From: Ignavibacteria bacterium
GTDB lineage: Bacteria > Bacteroidota > Ignavibacteria > Kapaibacteriales > Kapaibacteriaceae
Direction of reading: 5' to 3'
Length of the DNA stretch: 64,000 nucleotides
NCBI GenBank assembly: GCA_947495975.1
Contig: CANMBE010000004.1
Span: 78,380 to 142,379 of the forward strand
The position numbers were made by a program, and so were the translations under genes. A model generated the notes under the pieces. The model was not told the DNA's origin, searched no databases, and saw only the letters and a list, made by a program, of their open reading frames with translations. Of this stretch, positions 20,085-30,393 are shown in pieces; positions within the stretch are counted from its first letter, which is position 1, and each line of letters starts with the position of its first letter.

Positions 20085-20848
20085 GATGCCTGTTCCTGTT
20101 CCGGTACAAGTGGTTCGTTCTCATGCTCTATCCTAGCCGAAATAATGATGTCATCAAACTGCAGGTCTTGTTGAATCACAATTCGGTGATTCTTGGCAAG
20201 CTCTAGCAATGCGAGGAATGTCACCACTACATGCATTTTTGTTAGTTCACCAATAAGCTCAAAGAAACGAACTGAAGTTTTCGTGCGCAACGTGTGTAGA
20301 ATCTCTTCGGATTTTTCTTCAACGGTGATAAGTAACCGTGTAACGATGTGCGGGTCTGGCTGCTCTTGCGCCTTCTCTACAGCACGCTTAAGCGCCTTCA
20401 AGAGGTCAAACAACGTTGCGTTACGATACGCACCTGACTCTGCTGCGTGAATCTCTTCGGCTTCAAAAACGCTGCGGTAGAGCACGTACCGTTGATTCTC
20501 TGCAGAGATCGTTAGAGAATCTGATGCTTCTCTGTATCGTTTGTATTCCATGAGTCGGCGCACGAGTTCAGCTCGTGGATCATCTTCGTCTAGCTCGCCT
20601 GGTTCGCCCCCTGCCTTTTCATCTCGGGGTAACAACATCTGAGCCTTGATCTGCACAAGCATCGAAGCCATCACAATGAACTCGCCAGCAAGTTCCAGAT
20701 CAAGAATTTCAAGGACTTTTACATACTCGAGAAATTCCTGCGTAATTGAAGCAATCGGAATATCGTAGATGTCTAGCTCATCTCTTCGAATGAAGAAGAG
20801 GAGAAGATCGAGTGGTCCTTCAAAATTGTTGAGTCGTACGCTATACAT
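20081..20848 (-). CDS. scpA: Segregation and condensation protein A
   Basis: 'FEGPLDLLLFFIRRDELDIYDIPIASITQEFLEYV' ScpA N-terminal signature. Confidence 0.85.
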   Translation of the reverse strand: MYSVRLNNFEGPLDLLLFFIRRDELDIYDIPIASITQEFLEYVKVLEILDLELAGEFIVMASMLVQIKAQMLLPRDEKAGGEPGELDEDDPRAELVRRLMEYKRYREASDSLTISAENQRYVLYRSVFEAEEIHAAESGAYRNATLFDLLKALKRAVEKAQEQPDPHIVTRLLITVEEKSEEILHTLRTKTSVRFFELIGELTKMHVVVTFLALLELAKNHRIVIQQDLQFDDIIISARIEHENEPLVPEQEQAS

Positions 20849-22008
20849 CAGTTCTTTTTTAATTGAGTTTGGATCCCTGCCATGGCGGCAAGTCTACCTG
20901 TGAAACACCTCGGTACTCGAGCCGAAACAGACGTTGTTACATCATATGGTATGGTTGATGCCCATTGGGCAATGTCATTGGCATCAATACTCGCAGTATG
21001 ACCGTCGTTTGCTGTTTGTTGCCCCATCAAAACAACCTCGTCTCCTTGCTTCACATCTGCGTTTCCAACATTCACCATGAGTTCGTCCATACAGATTGTG
21101 CCTACAATTGGATAACGAATTCCTCCAATGAGACAACACGCAGCGCCCGTTAGGCTTCGCAAATATCCATCACCGTAACCAATTGGCACCGTTACAATTG
21201 TGGATTCTTCAGGCACCACGTATCTGCGGCCATAACTCACTGACTCTCCAGGCCACGCTCTACGCACAGAAATCACTCGCGACGAGAGCGACATAACAGG
21301 CCGAAGTGACATTTCTTTACTCCCAGGCGATACATATCCATACAATGAAAGTCCAGGGCGAACCATGGTGAAATGCGTCGAATCTGATTGCCACATCGCA
21401 GCCGAATTCGCCGCATGCACGGAGGCAAAAGTACTGCCCACGGCAGCACAATTTGATAGAACGCTGACAAACGTGGATAACTGTTCTCTAAAAAATGCGC
21501 TATGGGGCTCATCTGACGTGGCAAAATGAGTGCAAATTCCGGTGAGTCGAATACCCGGCATCGCGCCAATCACTGTAGCTGCTTCTACGGCATCGTGGGG
21601 CCGAAATCCCTCTCTAAGCATGCCGGTATCTACGTAGAGGTGAACTTCTGCGATTTTCCCTGCAGCAATTGCTGTCATGGCGAGGTTTGTAACCTGCTGC
21701 ACGTCGCAGGCCACAGTTACCAGATCATTCTCAATGACTGCTACGCAGTCATGCTCTTCAATTGGCGTGAGCACCATAATCGGAATTGTGATGCCAGCCC
21801 CTTTAAGCTGGAGCGCCTCGTCCACAAACGCAGTCCCCAACACATCAACACCACAATGTTGCAGGGCTCTCGCAATGGCTATCATTCCATGACCGTAGGC
21901 ATTTGCCTTTACCATTCCCAAGATTGACTTTTCGGGTGCTTGGCGCCGAATCACGCTAAGATTCCATTCCAAAGCATCAAGGTCAATGGTAGCTATCGTA
22001 CTTCTCAT
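20848..22008 (-). CDS. alr: Alanine racemase
   Basis: 'VKANAYGHG' PLP-lysine motif and typical length. Start chosen at the internal M '[10 protein letters not shown]', which gives a 4-nt overlap with the ansA stop. Confidence 0.85.
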   Translation of the reverse strand: MRSTIATIDLDALEWNLSVIRRQAPEKSILGMVKANAYGHGMIAIARALQHCGVDVLGTAFVDEALQLKGAGITIPIMVLTPIEEHDCVAVIENDLVTVACDVQQVTNLAMTAIAAGKIAEVHLYVDTGMLREGFRPHDAVEAATVIGAMPGIRLTGICTHFATSDEPHSAFFREQLSTFVSVLSNCAAVGSTFASVHAANSAAMWQSDSTHFTMVRPGLSLYGYVSPGSKEMSLRPVMSLSSRVISVRRAWPGESVSYGRRYVVPEESTIVTVPIGYGDGYLRSLTGAACCLIGGIRYPIVGTICMDELMVNVGNADVKQGDEVVLMGQQTANDGHTASIDANDIAQWASTIPYDVTTSVSARVPRCFTGRLAAMAGIQTQLKKN

Positions 22009-23102
22009 GCCCTGTTGACCCCTTCGGTGTCTGCCCATTCAAATGACCTGCGGATCTCGCCAATGTTCATTCCTGAAGCAAGCGCGCAGATGAGCTTAAT
22101 GCGAGCCTTTTGGCCGTTTACAAAGTCCGCAAAGATTACTCCGGCTTCGTGGAGGTGCCGGCCAGCCCCCTCATAAGCATAGAAGTGCTCTATGCGGCCA
22201 ACGGGGCATCTTGAAACAAGAACGACTGGTAGTCCAGCGTTGACTGCATCTTTTAGCGCGTAATAAACTGGTGGTGTTACATTTCCAACTCCAAATGCCT
22301 CAATAACAAGACCCTCAGCACCATTAGCGCGGCAGCAGTCAATGAGTGTGCTGTCCATGCCGGCATATGATTTCAGCAAGGGTATAAAATGTGGCAACCT
22401 CTTGACTAAAAAGGTCTCTCTATGGAGGGGTCTGCGGTGGATAATGAGTACACCATTGGTTACTCTACCAATTGGGCCAAAATCAAAGCTTGTAAACGTT
22501 GACAGGTCCTGGGTATCGGTCTTAGACGCTTCGGAGGCAGCAGTAATAGCCCCTCCAAGACATACCAAGACGCCCATTCCACGAACGGCAGAGTGTGCAG
22601 CAACCGTAATCGCATCGCGCACGTTGCGCGGACCATCCCAGTCGGGCTCACTGCTGTTGCGCATTGCGCCTAAAACAACAATCGGCTTTTCAGTGTCAAC
22701 GGTGCAGTCGAGGAAAAATGCCGTTTCTTCCAATGTATCCGTTCCATGCGTAACTACAACACCTGTTACTGCGGGATCATCTACGTACCCACGAATGATC
22801 TTTGATAGCTCAAGCATTCTGTCAATCGTGATATGGGGTCCTGGGAAAGTCCCGTATTCATGCACCACGATATCGGCAACGGAACGAATGCCTGGAATTC
22901 GCGAAAGTATCTCCCCTCCGGACATGCTGGGGACAACGCCACCCCATTCGTGGTCCAGCGTGGATGCAATGGTACCACCAGTGAAGATGATGACTACTCG
23001 AGGGTTTGCTGTTTTTGTCACAATGGAAATCGTATGGGTGATATCCACGAAGATAAGAGACCGCGTGCGTAGTTTTGTGGCTGATGATCGTAGCCAATCC
23101 AC
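22005..23102 (-). CDS. ansA: L-asparaginase, type I
   Basis: '[12 protein letters not shown]' threonine-motif, '[17 protein letters not shown]', '[10 protein letters not shown]'. Confidence 0.85.
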   Translation of the reverse strand: MDWLRSSATKLRTRSLIFVDITHTISIVTKTANPRVVIIFTGGTIASTLDHEWGGVVPSMSGGEILSRIPGIRSVADIVVHEYGTFPGPHITIDRMLELSKIIRGYVDDPAVTGVVVTHGTDTLEETAFFLDCTVDTEKPIVVLGAMRNSSEPDWDGPRNVRDAITVAAHSAVRGMGVLVCLGGAITAASEASKTDTQDLSTFTSFDFGPIGRVTNGVLIIHRRPLHRETFLVKRLPHFIPLLKSYAGMDSTLIDCCRANGAEGLVIEAFGVGNVTPPVYYALKDAVNAGLPVVLVSRCPVGRIEHFYAYEGAGRHLHEAGVIFADFVNGQKARIKLICALASGMNIGEIRRSFEWADTEGVNRA

Positions 23103-23293
23103 ATCTCATGAATGTTGCACCCTATAAACCAGGGGCAACAGCCGAGCAAATTCGTTTCCACTATGGTCTAGACCAGGTTGAGAAGCTTGCCTCGAATGAG
23201 AACCCGTTCGGCTCGCAGACGTCCTGCGCACGTATGCATACGAGACACTGAGTGCCCCTTCTCAAACAATGACACTTTAGACCGAACTACATT

Positions 23294-24424
23294 ATGAGTA
23301 CCGAAACACGTGACGAACCCACCACAATAACTCTCGAAGATTTTTTGCCATTGAAAGGCACAGACTATGTAGAGTTCTATTGTGGCAATGCAAAGCAATC
23401 ATCCTATTTCTATCGTACTGCTTTTGGCTTCCAACTGGTAGCATATGCCGGTCCCGAGACCGGTATTCGAGACCGTGCATCGTATGTGCTCCAACAAGGC
23501 AAGATTAGAATTGTACTTACCTCGCCGATGCATCCAGACAGTCCAATCTCTGAACATATTGCAAAACACGGCGATGGTGTAAAGGTGCTCGCATTATGGG
23601 TAGACGATGCACGATCGGCATGGAAAGAAACAACAGATCGCGGAGCCGTTAGCACCCAAGAGCCAACAGTTCTATCAGATGAGTTTGGCGAAGTAGTTGT
23701 TGCGACGATAAAAACGTATGGCGATACCGTGCACACGTTTGTTGAACGCAGAAACTATACTGGCTCATTTATGCCTGGTTACAAAGCAGTTGATGACGGG
23801 TATCAGACCGAAGAGATTGGACTCCTGTATGTTGACCACTGCGTTGGCAATGTAGAGCTTGGGCACATGAACAAATGGGTCAAATTCTATGAAGATGCCA
23901 TGGGATTTAAACTCCTGATTACTTTTGATGACTCAGATATCTCTACGGAATATTCTGCGCTGATGTCAAAAGTGGTATCGAATGGAAGTGGATTTGTAAA
24001 GTTCCCAATCAACGAACCTGCTCAGGGAAAACGCAAAAGTCAGATTGAAGAGTACATTGAGTTTTACCACGGCGCAGGCGTACAACACATTGCTGTTGCT
24101 ACAAATGATATTGTCCGCACGGTTGGTGAGCTTCGACGCCGTGGTGTGCAGTTTTTGAACGTGCCTGATACGTACTACACTGACTTGCTCGATCGTGTTG
24201 GACATATTGACGAGGACATTGATGAACTTCGTGCGATGAATATCTTAGTTGATAGGGACGATGAAGGCTATCTTCTTCAGATCTTTACCAAGCCTGTTGA
24301 AGATCGTCCAACTGTTTTCTTTGAGATCATTCAACGTCATGGAGCACGTTCATTTGGCAAGGGCAACTTTAAAGCACTTTTTGAATCTATTGAGCGCGAA
24401 CAAGAACTGCGCGGCAATCTGTAA
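23294..24424 (+). CDS. hppD: 4-hydroxyphenylpyruvate dioxygenase
   Basis: Two vicinal-oxygen-chelate modules, 'GVQHIAVATNDI' and 'FFEIIQRHGARSFGKGNFKALFESIEREQ' HPPD C-terminal signature. Confidence 0.9.
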   Translation: MSTETRDEPTTITLEDFLPLKGTDYVEFYCGNAKQSSYFYRTAFGFQLVAYAGPETGIRDRASYVLQQGKIRIVLTSPMHPDSPISEHIAKHGDGVKVLALWVDDARSAWKETTDRGAVSTQEPTVLSDEFGEVVVATIKTYGDTVHTFVERRNYTGSFMPGYKAVDDGYQTEEIGLLYVDHCVGNVELGHMNKWVKFYEDAMGFKLLITFDDSDISTEYSALMSKVVSNGSGFVKFPINEPAQGKRKSQIEEYIEFYHGAGVQHIAVATNDIVRTVGELRRRGVQFLNVPDTYYTDLLDRVGHIDEDIDELRAMNILVDRDDEGYLLQIFTKPVEDRPTVFFEIIQRHGARSFGKGNFKALFESIEREQELRGNL

Positions 24425-24463
24425 CGACACAACGAAATTTGTTTCACCTTTATAGCCTTATTC

Positions 24464-25918
24464 ATGGCTTCTAAAGCAAAACCGAGCAAGGCGCCTACAG
24501 CGCTCTTTCACGGAAACAGCCCCTTTCTCGATTCCGTAAACGCCTACTTTGATAAGGCGGCTAACACGTTGGATCTTCCTAAAGGGCTCCTTGATCAGAT
24601 CCGAGTATGTAACTCGGTGTATTATATGCAATTCCCTGTGCGCATCAAGGGTGGCATTCAAGTGGTTCAGGCATGGCGTGCCGAACATAGTCATCACAAG
24701 CTGCCTACGAAGGGTGGCATACGGTATGCACTTTCTGTAGACCAAGAAGAAGTGCAGGCACTTGCAGCACTTATGACGTATAAGTGTGCCGTGGTTGACG
24801 TACCATTTGGTGGCGCAAAGGGCGGTATTCGCATAGACCCGAAGCACTATACTGCTGAAGAACTAGAGCGTATCACTCGTCGGTATACCGTTGAACTCAT
24901 TAAGAAGAACTTCATTGGTCCATCCGTTGACGTACCTGCGCCCGATTACGGCACTGGTCCTCGCGAAATGGCATGGATTGCTGATACGTACCAGGCCTTT
25001 GCGAAGGACGAGATTAATTCTCTCGCTTGCGTTACGGGTAAGCCCGTTGGTCAAGGCGGAGTTCGCGGCAGAACAGCCGCAACCGGCAGAGGATTATATT
25101 TTGCTGTGCGCGAAGCGGTGAACGATGCTCGGCTTATGAAGAAGATGAAAATGACCACTGGCTTGTCTGACAAGCGGGTTATTGTTCAGGGATTTGGGAA
25201 CGTGGGATACCACGCAGCTAAATTTCTATCCGAAGCTGGTGCTTCCGTCATTGGAATCATTGAGTGGGATGGTGCCGTTGTAAACCCGAAGGGTATTGAC
25301 ATCGAAGCGCTCAATACACACCGGCTAAAGAAGGGTTCCATTACAGGCTTTGCCGGTGGCAAAACAATTAAAGATGGCAAAGGTGTACTTGAGTATGATT
25401 GTGAGATCCTCGTACCCGCTGCTCTAGAGTCGCAGATCACGAAGAGTAATGCAAGCAGGATTAAGGCGAAGATTATTGCAGAAGGTGCCAACGGTCCTAT
25501 TACGTCTGAAGCAGAACCAATTCTTCTTAAGAAGGGCATTCTCATCATGCCAGACATGTTCGTGAATGCCGGGGGTGTTGTTGTTTCTTATTTCGAATGG
25601 CTAAAGAATATTTCACATGTGCGATTTGGACGCATGGATAAGCGCTTTGAAGAAGGTACAAACACTCGAATGGTTGAAACGGTAGAGAGACTTACAGGCA
25701 AGTCCCTAACAGTGGTTGAGCGTAATATGGTGGCGCGTGGTGCAGACGAAGAGGATCTTGTTAATTCAGGCCTCGAGGACACAATGATTTCGTCCTACCA
25801 TACAGTTATTGAACAGTACTTTGGTAACCCTAAAGTAAAGGACATGCGTACCGCGGCGTTTGTGAGCTCTATCGAGAAGATCGCACAGTCGTATCTGTCA
25901 CTGGGAATCTTTCCGTGA
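24464..25918 (+). CDS. gdhA: Glutamate dehydrogenase, animal-type (class with antenna-like insertion)
   Basis: '[12 protein letters not shown]' catalytic-Lys motif, Rossmann '[12 protein letters not shown]', and a C-terminal '[17 protein letters not shown]...[16 protein letters not shown]...[16 protein letters not shown]' that parallels the vertebrate GDH antenna/pivot region. Confidence 0.9.
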   Translation: MASKAKPSKAPTALFHGNSPFLDSVNAYFDKAANTLDLPKGLLDQIRVCNSVYYMQFPVRIKGGIQVVQAWRAEHSHHKLPTKGGIRYALSVDQEEVQALAALMTYKCAVVDVPFGGAKGGIRIDPKHYTAEELERITRRYTVELIKKNFIGPSVDVPAPDYGTGPREMAWIADTYQAFAKDEINSLACVTGKPVGQGGVRGRTAATGRGLYFAVREAVNDARLMKKMKMTTGLSDKRVIVQGFGNVGYHAAKFLSEAGASVIGIIEWDGAVVNPKGIDIEALNTHRLKKGSITGFAGGKTIKDGKGVLEYDCEILVPAALESQITKSNASRIKAKIIAEGANGPITSEAEPILLKKGILIMPDMFVNAGGVVVSYFEWLKNISHVRFGRMDKRFEEGTNTRMVETVERLTGKSLTVVERNMVARGADEEDLVNSGLEDTMISSYHTVIEQYFGNPKVKDMRTAAFVSSIEKIAQSYLSLGIFP

Positions 25919-25957
25919 CGTGAGTGTATGTTTCGTGCAATGAATGCAGAAATAAAA

Positions 25958-25990
25958 ATGGCGAGTCGCATGACTCGCCATTTTTTTTGA
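25958..25990. terminator. Bidirectional rho-independent terminator between convergent gdh and the T9SS Ig/cytochrome gene
   Basis: 'AAAAATGGCGAGTCGCATGACTCGCCATTTTTTTTT': an 8-bp GC-rich stem (GGCGAGTC/GACTCGCC) with a 4-nt loop, flanked by an A-run upstream and a T-run downstream. Confidence 0.65.
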
Positions 25991-26010
25991 ATGAATGTCT
26001 TCGTTGTTTT

Positions 26011-28452
26011 CTAGCGGACGATGATTTTCTCGAATCGAGTGGTGCCGTTCTGTTCCAGAACAAGAACATACAGACCGCCAGAGATAACGCTTCCGTTTGA
26101 GTCGCGCCTGTTCCACACAATTTCAGTGTTTCCAGATAGGATAGCAATTGTTTTACCTGTAACAGTCACAATGCGTACACGCATTTCGCCAGCAACTGGG
26201 TTTACAATGCGTAGTTCGTCCGTCATTGGATTCGGTGCGATGCGAACTCCAGCTACTGGACTCTTGTCTTCTTCAATGCCTGAGATCAAGCGACGCGTGA
26301 GAACAAACATTGCATCTCCGGCATCAGTTTCAACCGTAACTAATGCATCTTCGCCACTTTCGGCGGTGGTTTCAAAACAGACATCTATTGATGCAGCATT
26401 GAGAATCTGAAATGGCATTGGAGTAGTTGCCTCATACCTCCACGTTGTTGCTCCTGGGCCTGTGAGGCGGACACGTCGGACTTCAGTTGCATTACATGGC
26501 AATGGAATAGACTTGTTGCATCTACGATCACCTGCAACACCTTCAGCGAACACCACGGTGTCGCGTTCGAATGACAATCCTGTCATTGCATTTCCGCTAA
26601 CGGTAAAGATGCGATTTCCGCTTGCGGCAAAGAACGTAACAGTGGCTGCCAGAACCCCAGACTTTTTGGGCATGATCTTTAGCCGCACATCTCTTCGCTC
26701 ATTCGGGGCAAGTACGAGAGGAGCCGTTAAACCTTCAACAGCGATGTTGGCTATTGGTTCTGCTGATATTGACGTGATGGTAATGGAGGAGCCCCCTTCA
26801 TTCACAAGCATACCAGAGATTGTAGTGTCCACTGTAGAACAAGAAGGCACTCCATCAAGAAGTAGACCAACTGACGTTAGTTCTAGCTGTCCCGGGCCTG
26901 CACGTCCGATAACTTTTACAATTGCTTCACGTGTGGTGATTGTATCGCACTGGTTCATGACACGGCAACTGTAAATGCCAGAATCAGCACGAATGACAGG
27001 CGACTGGCGATAAATCCTCTGAGTTGCACCAGGCAAAACAATGCCGTTTTTGAGCCATTGATATGTGAGCAATTCACCTGCAGCATCCAATGTGAGAGTG
27101 AGTGAATCACCAGATTTAAGATTCTTATCCACCGGTTCCAATCGAATCGATGGACGCTCTACAACATTGAGTCGGACAACAATACTAGTTGCTTCTGGCG
27201 TACACAAACCTTGAACGCGGCAGCTATAGTCGCCTTCATCAAAGAGGGTCACTACGGGGAATGAAATGCCTCTCGCTGTCATAGCCGGAATGGGTTCTCC
27301 GTTCTTGAGCCACTGAAACACGATGTCATTCCCGGTAGCATCTATGCTGAAGGATGCACTTTCTGATTCACAAACACTTTGTGGACTCGGTTGCATTGTT
27401 ATTTGAGGTTTTGTGCCAACAATAACGACTGCTGCTTCAGACGTGATATTTCCGCCACAACCAAATACGACACAGTCATACGTACCCGCTTCTGCTTGGC
27501 CTACTGTGTTAATGACGAGCAGTGGATTTACTCCGCCTGCAATATCAATCCCATCCCTGCGCCAACGGTATTGCAGATTCGTACCTGTTGCCGAGACTTG
27601 CATATTTAAAGGCTTGCCTTCACATACAAGTGTATTGATCGGCTGAAGTGAGATCACTGGCGCACTAGAAACGGAAACAATGTTTCCTCGTGCAATCTCA
27701 GCGCCTGTGACTATGTCTACCATTCGCACTGTATAGCCCCCTGCCATTTGTGTAGCCGGGATGTTATAGGTGAGGGTTAATGTAGAGGCATCAACACTTG
27801 TTGCAATTACATCGGTGTTTACAAAATTGTCTTTTGACCACTCAAGGCGTACGGTAGTCAGACCTGTTTGTGTCCACGTGAATGTAACCGGTGTGCCTCG
27901 GCACAAGGCTGTACCCGGCGCTGGGCCAGTAAACGTTGCGCCAGAAACAGTGATATTAATGTTACCAGTAACATTCCAATCATCGAGGTTGGATTCTAGC
28001 AAGTCTAGGTTAACAGCATTGCCCGCTCCGTTAAACGCATAGATGCCATGCGCAGCAGGAGCAGCCCATGAAAAATCAAACCGTGCCGCGCCCCCCACCA
28101 TTGCCATTGGAGCTGTATGCGTTAGCTCTCCACCAATGACTTGCGATCCAATACCTGCATTTACGGTGCCTGCGGCAACTGCACCTTGGCGGAAACTGAG
28201 ATTAAAGCCAGCGCTTTGATTAGCCTGATTAGCATGCCCCACAACAAATGTATAGTTGTTGGTCTGGCCAGCTCTAACACTTCGCGGACCTTCGAGAGAA
28301 AGGGCTGTAGCGACAGTTTGGCCACCGTGACAGTTTCCGCAGCCGGCAGCAAAAACGCCAGTCTTGCCGCCAGTATTCGCAGTTGCCACAAAAGGCACGA
28401 TGAAAGCCAATACGGTCAAAAACAGGGAAAAACGGAAAAAATTATTGTTCAT
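26011..28452 (-). CDS. T9SS-sorted surface protein: N-terminal class-I cytochrome-c-like (CxxCH) domain + four Ig-like repeats + Por_Secre_tail
   Basis: Start at the internal M 'MNNNFFRFSLFLTVLAFIVPFVATA' (signal peptide). 'GVFAAGCGNCHGG...GP' haem-binding pattern. Four ~85-aa repeats with 'Y.C.V...C' Ig motifs (e.g. 'TYDCVVFGCGG', 'DYSCRVQGLC', 'IYSCRVMNQC'). C-terminal '...GGLYVLVLEQNGTTRFEKIIVR'. Confidence 0.75.
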   Translation of the reverse strand: MNNNFFRFSLFLTVLAFIVPFVATANTGGKTGVFAAGCGNCHGGQTVATALSLEGPRSVRAGQTNNYTFVVGHANQANQSAGFNLSFRQGAVAAGTVNAGIGSQVIGGELTHTAPMAMVGGAARFDFSWAAPAAHGIYAFNGAGNAVNLDLLESNLDDWNVTGNINITVSGATFTGPAPGTALCRGTPVTFTWTQTGLTTVRLEWSKDNFVNTDVIATSVDASTLTLTYNIPATQMAGGYTVRMVDIVTGAEIARGNIVSVSSAPVISLQPINTLVCEGKPLNMQVSATGTNLQYRWRRDGIDIAGGVNPLLVINTVGQAEAGTYDCVVFGCGGNITSEAAVVIVGTKPQITMQPSPQSVCESESASFSIDATGNDIVFQWLKNGEPIPAMTARGISFPVVTLFDEGDYSCRVQGLCTPEATSIVVRLNVVERPSIRLEPVDKNLKSGDSLTLTLDAAGELLTYQWLKNGIVLPGATQRIYRQSPVIRADSGIYSCRVMNQCDTITTREAIVKVIGRAGPGQLELTSVGLLLDGVPSCSTVDTTISGMLVNEGGSSITITSISAEPIANIAVEGLTAPLVLAPNERRDVRLKIMPKKSGVLAATVTFFAASGNRIFTVSGNAMTGLSFERDTVVFAEGVAGDRRCNKSIPLPCNATEVRRVRLTGPGATTWRYEATTPMPFQILNAASIDVCFETTAESGEDALVTVETDAGDAMFVLTRRLISGIEEDKSPVAGVRIAPNPMTDELRIVNPVAGEMRVRIVTVTGKTIAILSGNTEIVWNRRDSNGSVISGGLYVLVLEQNGTTRFEKIIVR

Positions 28453-28488
28453 GATATACCCGCAAATATGGGTGAGTGCAAATGACCA

Positions 28489-28520
28489 CATAAAATAAGA
28501 AGAGCCGGCGGTCTCCCGTC
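28489..28520 (-). terminator. Probable terminator downstream of the YceI-family gene
   Basis: Imperfect hairpin 'GAGCCGGCGG-TCTC-CCGTCGGCTC' followed on the minus strand by a T-rich tract. Confidence 0.4.
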
Positions 28521-28573
28521 GGCTCTTGAAACATTTAAGTTCATTATTCAACCATTTCAGACAGCAAAGCCAA

Positions 28574-29221
28574 TTATGAATTCGCAAGGAGTTTGGCTTC
28601 GATAGCAATAGTTTCGCCAACGCTCTTACCAATAATCCCCGCTTTTCCAGCAATCTGATGGTCAGCCAAGGCAACTACGAATTTTGTGTCGATCATAACC
28701 AGGTTACCGGTAGCCCTCTTTGCGGTTTCCGCTGAAGCTGGGATGTAGGTGATAACCACGTTTGCCAGTGACGGCTTCGCTACTCCGTGGCATGTAAAAA
28801 CGCCAATAGCCGTAGCGGTTACCACGCTCTTGCCATCCTTCGTTACAACTTTAACGTCTTTTAGCGACTTTACATCAAAGGCTACTGTTGGGTGCGCATC
28901 TGCACCAAGCCACATTTCGCTATACATGTGACTATCTCGCTGTGAATTAGCCGTCTTCATGGACGTTACTTGCACTTCAATGCGCCCTGTTGTTGCTTCC
29001 AAATTGCTTGGATCTAATGTAAAGGAGCCAGACACACCGTCTGCCGTGCCTGTTATCTTCTCCATTGGTGCCTCTGAAACAAACTCAACTCCACTTTTGC
29101 CAACCGCATTGTTCATTGAGTACTTCTTTGCCCCTGCCTGGGCTCCAGAAATACCAGTACCGGCTGTTAGAACTGCTGATATGACGACGAGAAGCGCAAG
29201 TGTTGCAATGATGTTTCGCAT
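28574..29221 (-). CDS. YceI-family periplasmic (polyisoprenoid-binding) protein
   Basis: Signal peptide, then 'SGVEFVSEAPMEKITGT...GSFTLD...RDSHMYSEMWLGADAHPTVAF', the characteristic YceI pattern. Confidence 0.75.
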   Translation of the reverse strand: MRNIIATLALLVVISAVLTAGTGISGAQAGAKKYSMNNAVGKSGVEFVSEAPMEKITGTADGVSGSFTLDPSNLEATTGRIEVQVTSMKTANSQRDSHMYSEMWLGADAHPTVAFDVKSLKDVKVVTKDGKSVVTATAIGVFTCHGVAKPSLANVVITYIPASAETAKRATGNLVMIDTKFVVALADHQIAGKAGIIGKSVGETIAIEAKLLANS

Positions 29222-29262
29222 AATCTTTAGCCTTAAATACGGTGAGACGACAATATATGTGT

Positions 29263-30393
29263 TTAACCACGCAATACACGAACAACATCTGCAAGAATTG
29301 TAATGGCCTCCTGAACCTCAGTGAGCGTGTTGTCCTTGGAAACAGAAATGCGTACGGCCGCCTTTGCCTCTGACGGTGGCAATCCCATTGCGAGGAGCAC
29401 ATGTGAGGGCTGAACGCTTCCTGAAACACAAGCGCTGCCATTTGAAACAGCCACACCCTTCATGTCCATCGACTGCAGAATTGCCTCTCCATCTAACTCG
29501 TCTGCATCGAGGAAGGATACGTTGAGAATGTTCGGCAAACTCTCTTCAAGGGGCGTATTATAGCGCACATTGGGAATTGTACGAGCTATCTGCTCTCGGG
29601 CCAATGAAATGAGATTAGCCATGTGCTGAGAACGCTCAGCCATATCGTTACAGGCACGCCGTGCGGCCACGGCAGCACCTACGATGAGCGCCACAGGCTC
29701 TGTGCCGGCCCTACGGTTGCGTTCTTGCCCGCCCCCTTGCTGATGCGACTTGAAGTCTATGCCCTTTCGGATAAACATCACACCAATTCCTTTTGGACCA
29801 TGAATCTTGTGTGCCGAAAGCGTAAGGAAGTCCACACCCAACGCCGCAACGTCAACAGGAATCTTGCCAAATGACTGCACGGCATCGCTATGAAAAAGCG
29901 CATTTGGAATGTTCTGGCGAATTGCAGCAAGGGGCTGTATCACGCCAGTTTCATTGTTGGCATGCATTACACTTACGAGTGTTCGAGAGATGTTGAGCGC
30001 TGCGAGTGATTCGATAACAACTCGTCCATTTGCATCCACTGGAATACATTCATGATGAAGGCCTCGTGCCTGCATTGCCTGCGCGGGAAGCAAGACAGCA
30101 TGATGCTCAGTTGATCCGGTGAGGATGCTCTCAATAAGGCCCGACTCATCTGCGCACGACTTCAGGATGGTGTTATTTGACTCCGTACCACCGCTTGTAA
30201 AAATGATTTCAGCAGGGTGCGCATTCAATAAGGAGGCAAACTCCATCCGAGCATCTTCAACTGCTACGCGTGCTTCACGCCCTAGCTTGTAGATACTTGA
30301 GGCATTGCCAAAACCACTTCGCAGCCAGGGCAACATCGCATCAAGCACAGTCTCATCTATTGGTGTTGTAGAGCTATTGTCCAGATATATCAT
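29263..30393 (-). CDS. Cysteine desulfurase (NifS/IscS-like class V aminotransferase)
   Basis: 'IYLDNSSTTP', 'TSGGTESNN' and 'SAHKIHGPKGIGV' PLP-Lys motif. Confidence 0.85.
   Translation of the reverse strand: MIYLDNSSTTPIDETVLDAMLPWLRSGFGNASSIYKLGREARVAVEDARMEFASLLNAHPAEIIFTSGGTESNNTILKSCADESGLIESILTGSTEHHAVLLPAQAMQARGLHHECIPVDANGRVVIESLAALNISRTLVSVMHANNETGVIQPLAAIRQNIPNALFHSDAVQSFGKIPVDVAALGVDFLTLSAHKIHGPKGIGVMFIRKGIDFKSHQQGGGQERNRRAGTEPVALIVGAAVAARRACNDMAERSQHMANLISLAREQIARTIPNVRYNTPLEESLPNILNVSFLDADELDGEAILQSMDMKGVAVSNGSACVSGSVQPSHVLLAMGLPPSEAKAAVRISVSKDNTLTEVQEAITILADVVRVLRG

Noticed and set aside
28453-28674. 74-aa N-terminal extension of the Ig/cytochrome gene in the ORF track (start at 28674)
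   Set aside because: The extension overlaps the YceI gene and a terminator hairpin. The internal M at 28452 is followed by a textbook signal peptide, so the short form is preferred. The same reasoning was used to trim purN, alr, thyX, dtd, the yfcH-like gene and the OMP gene.
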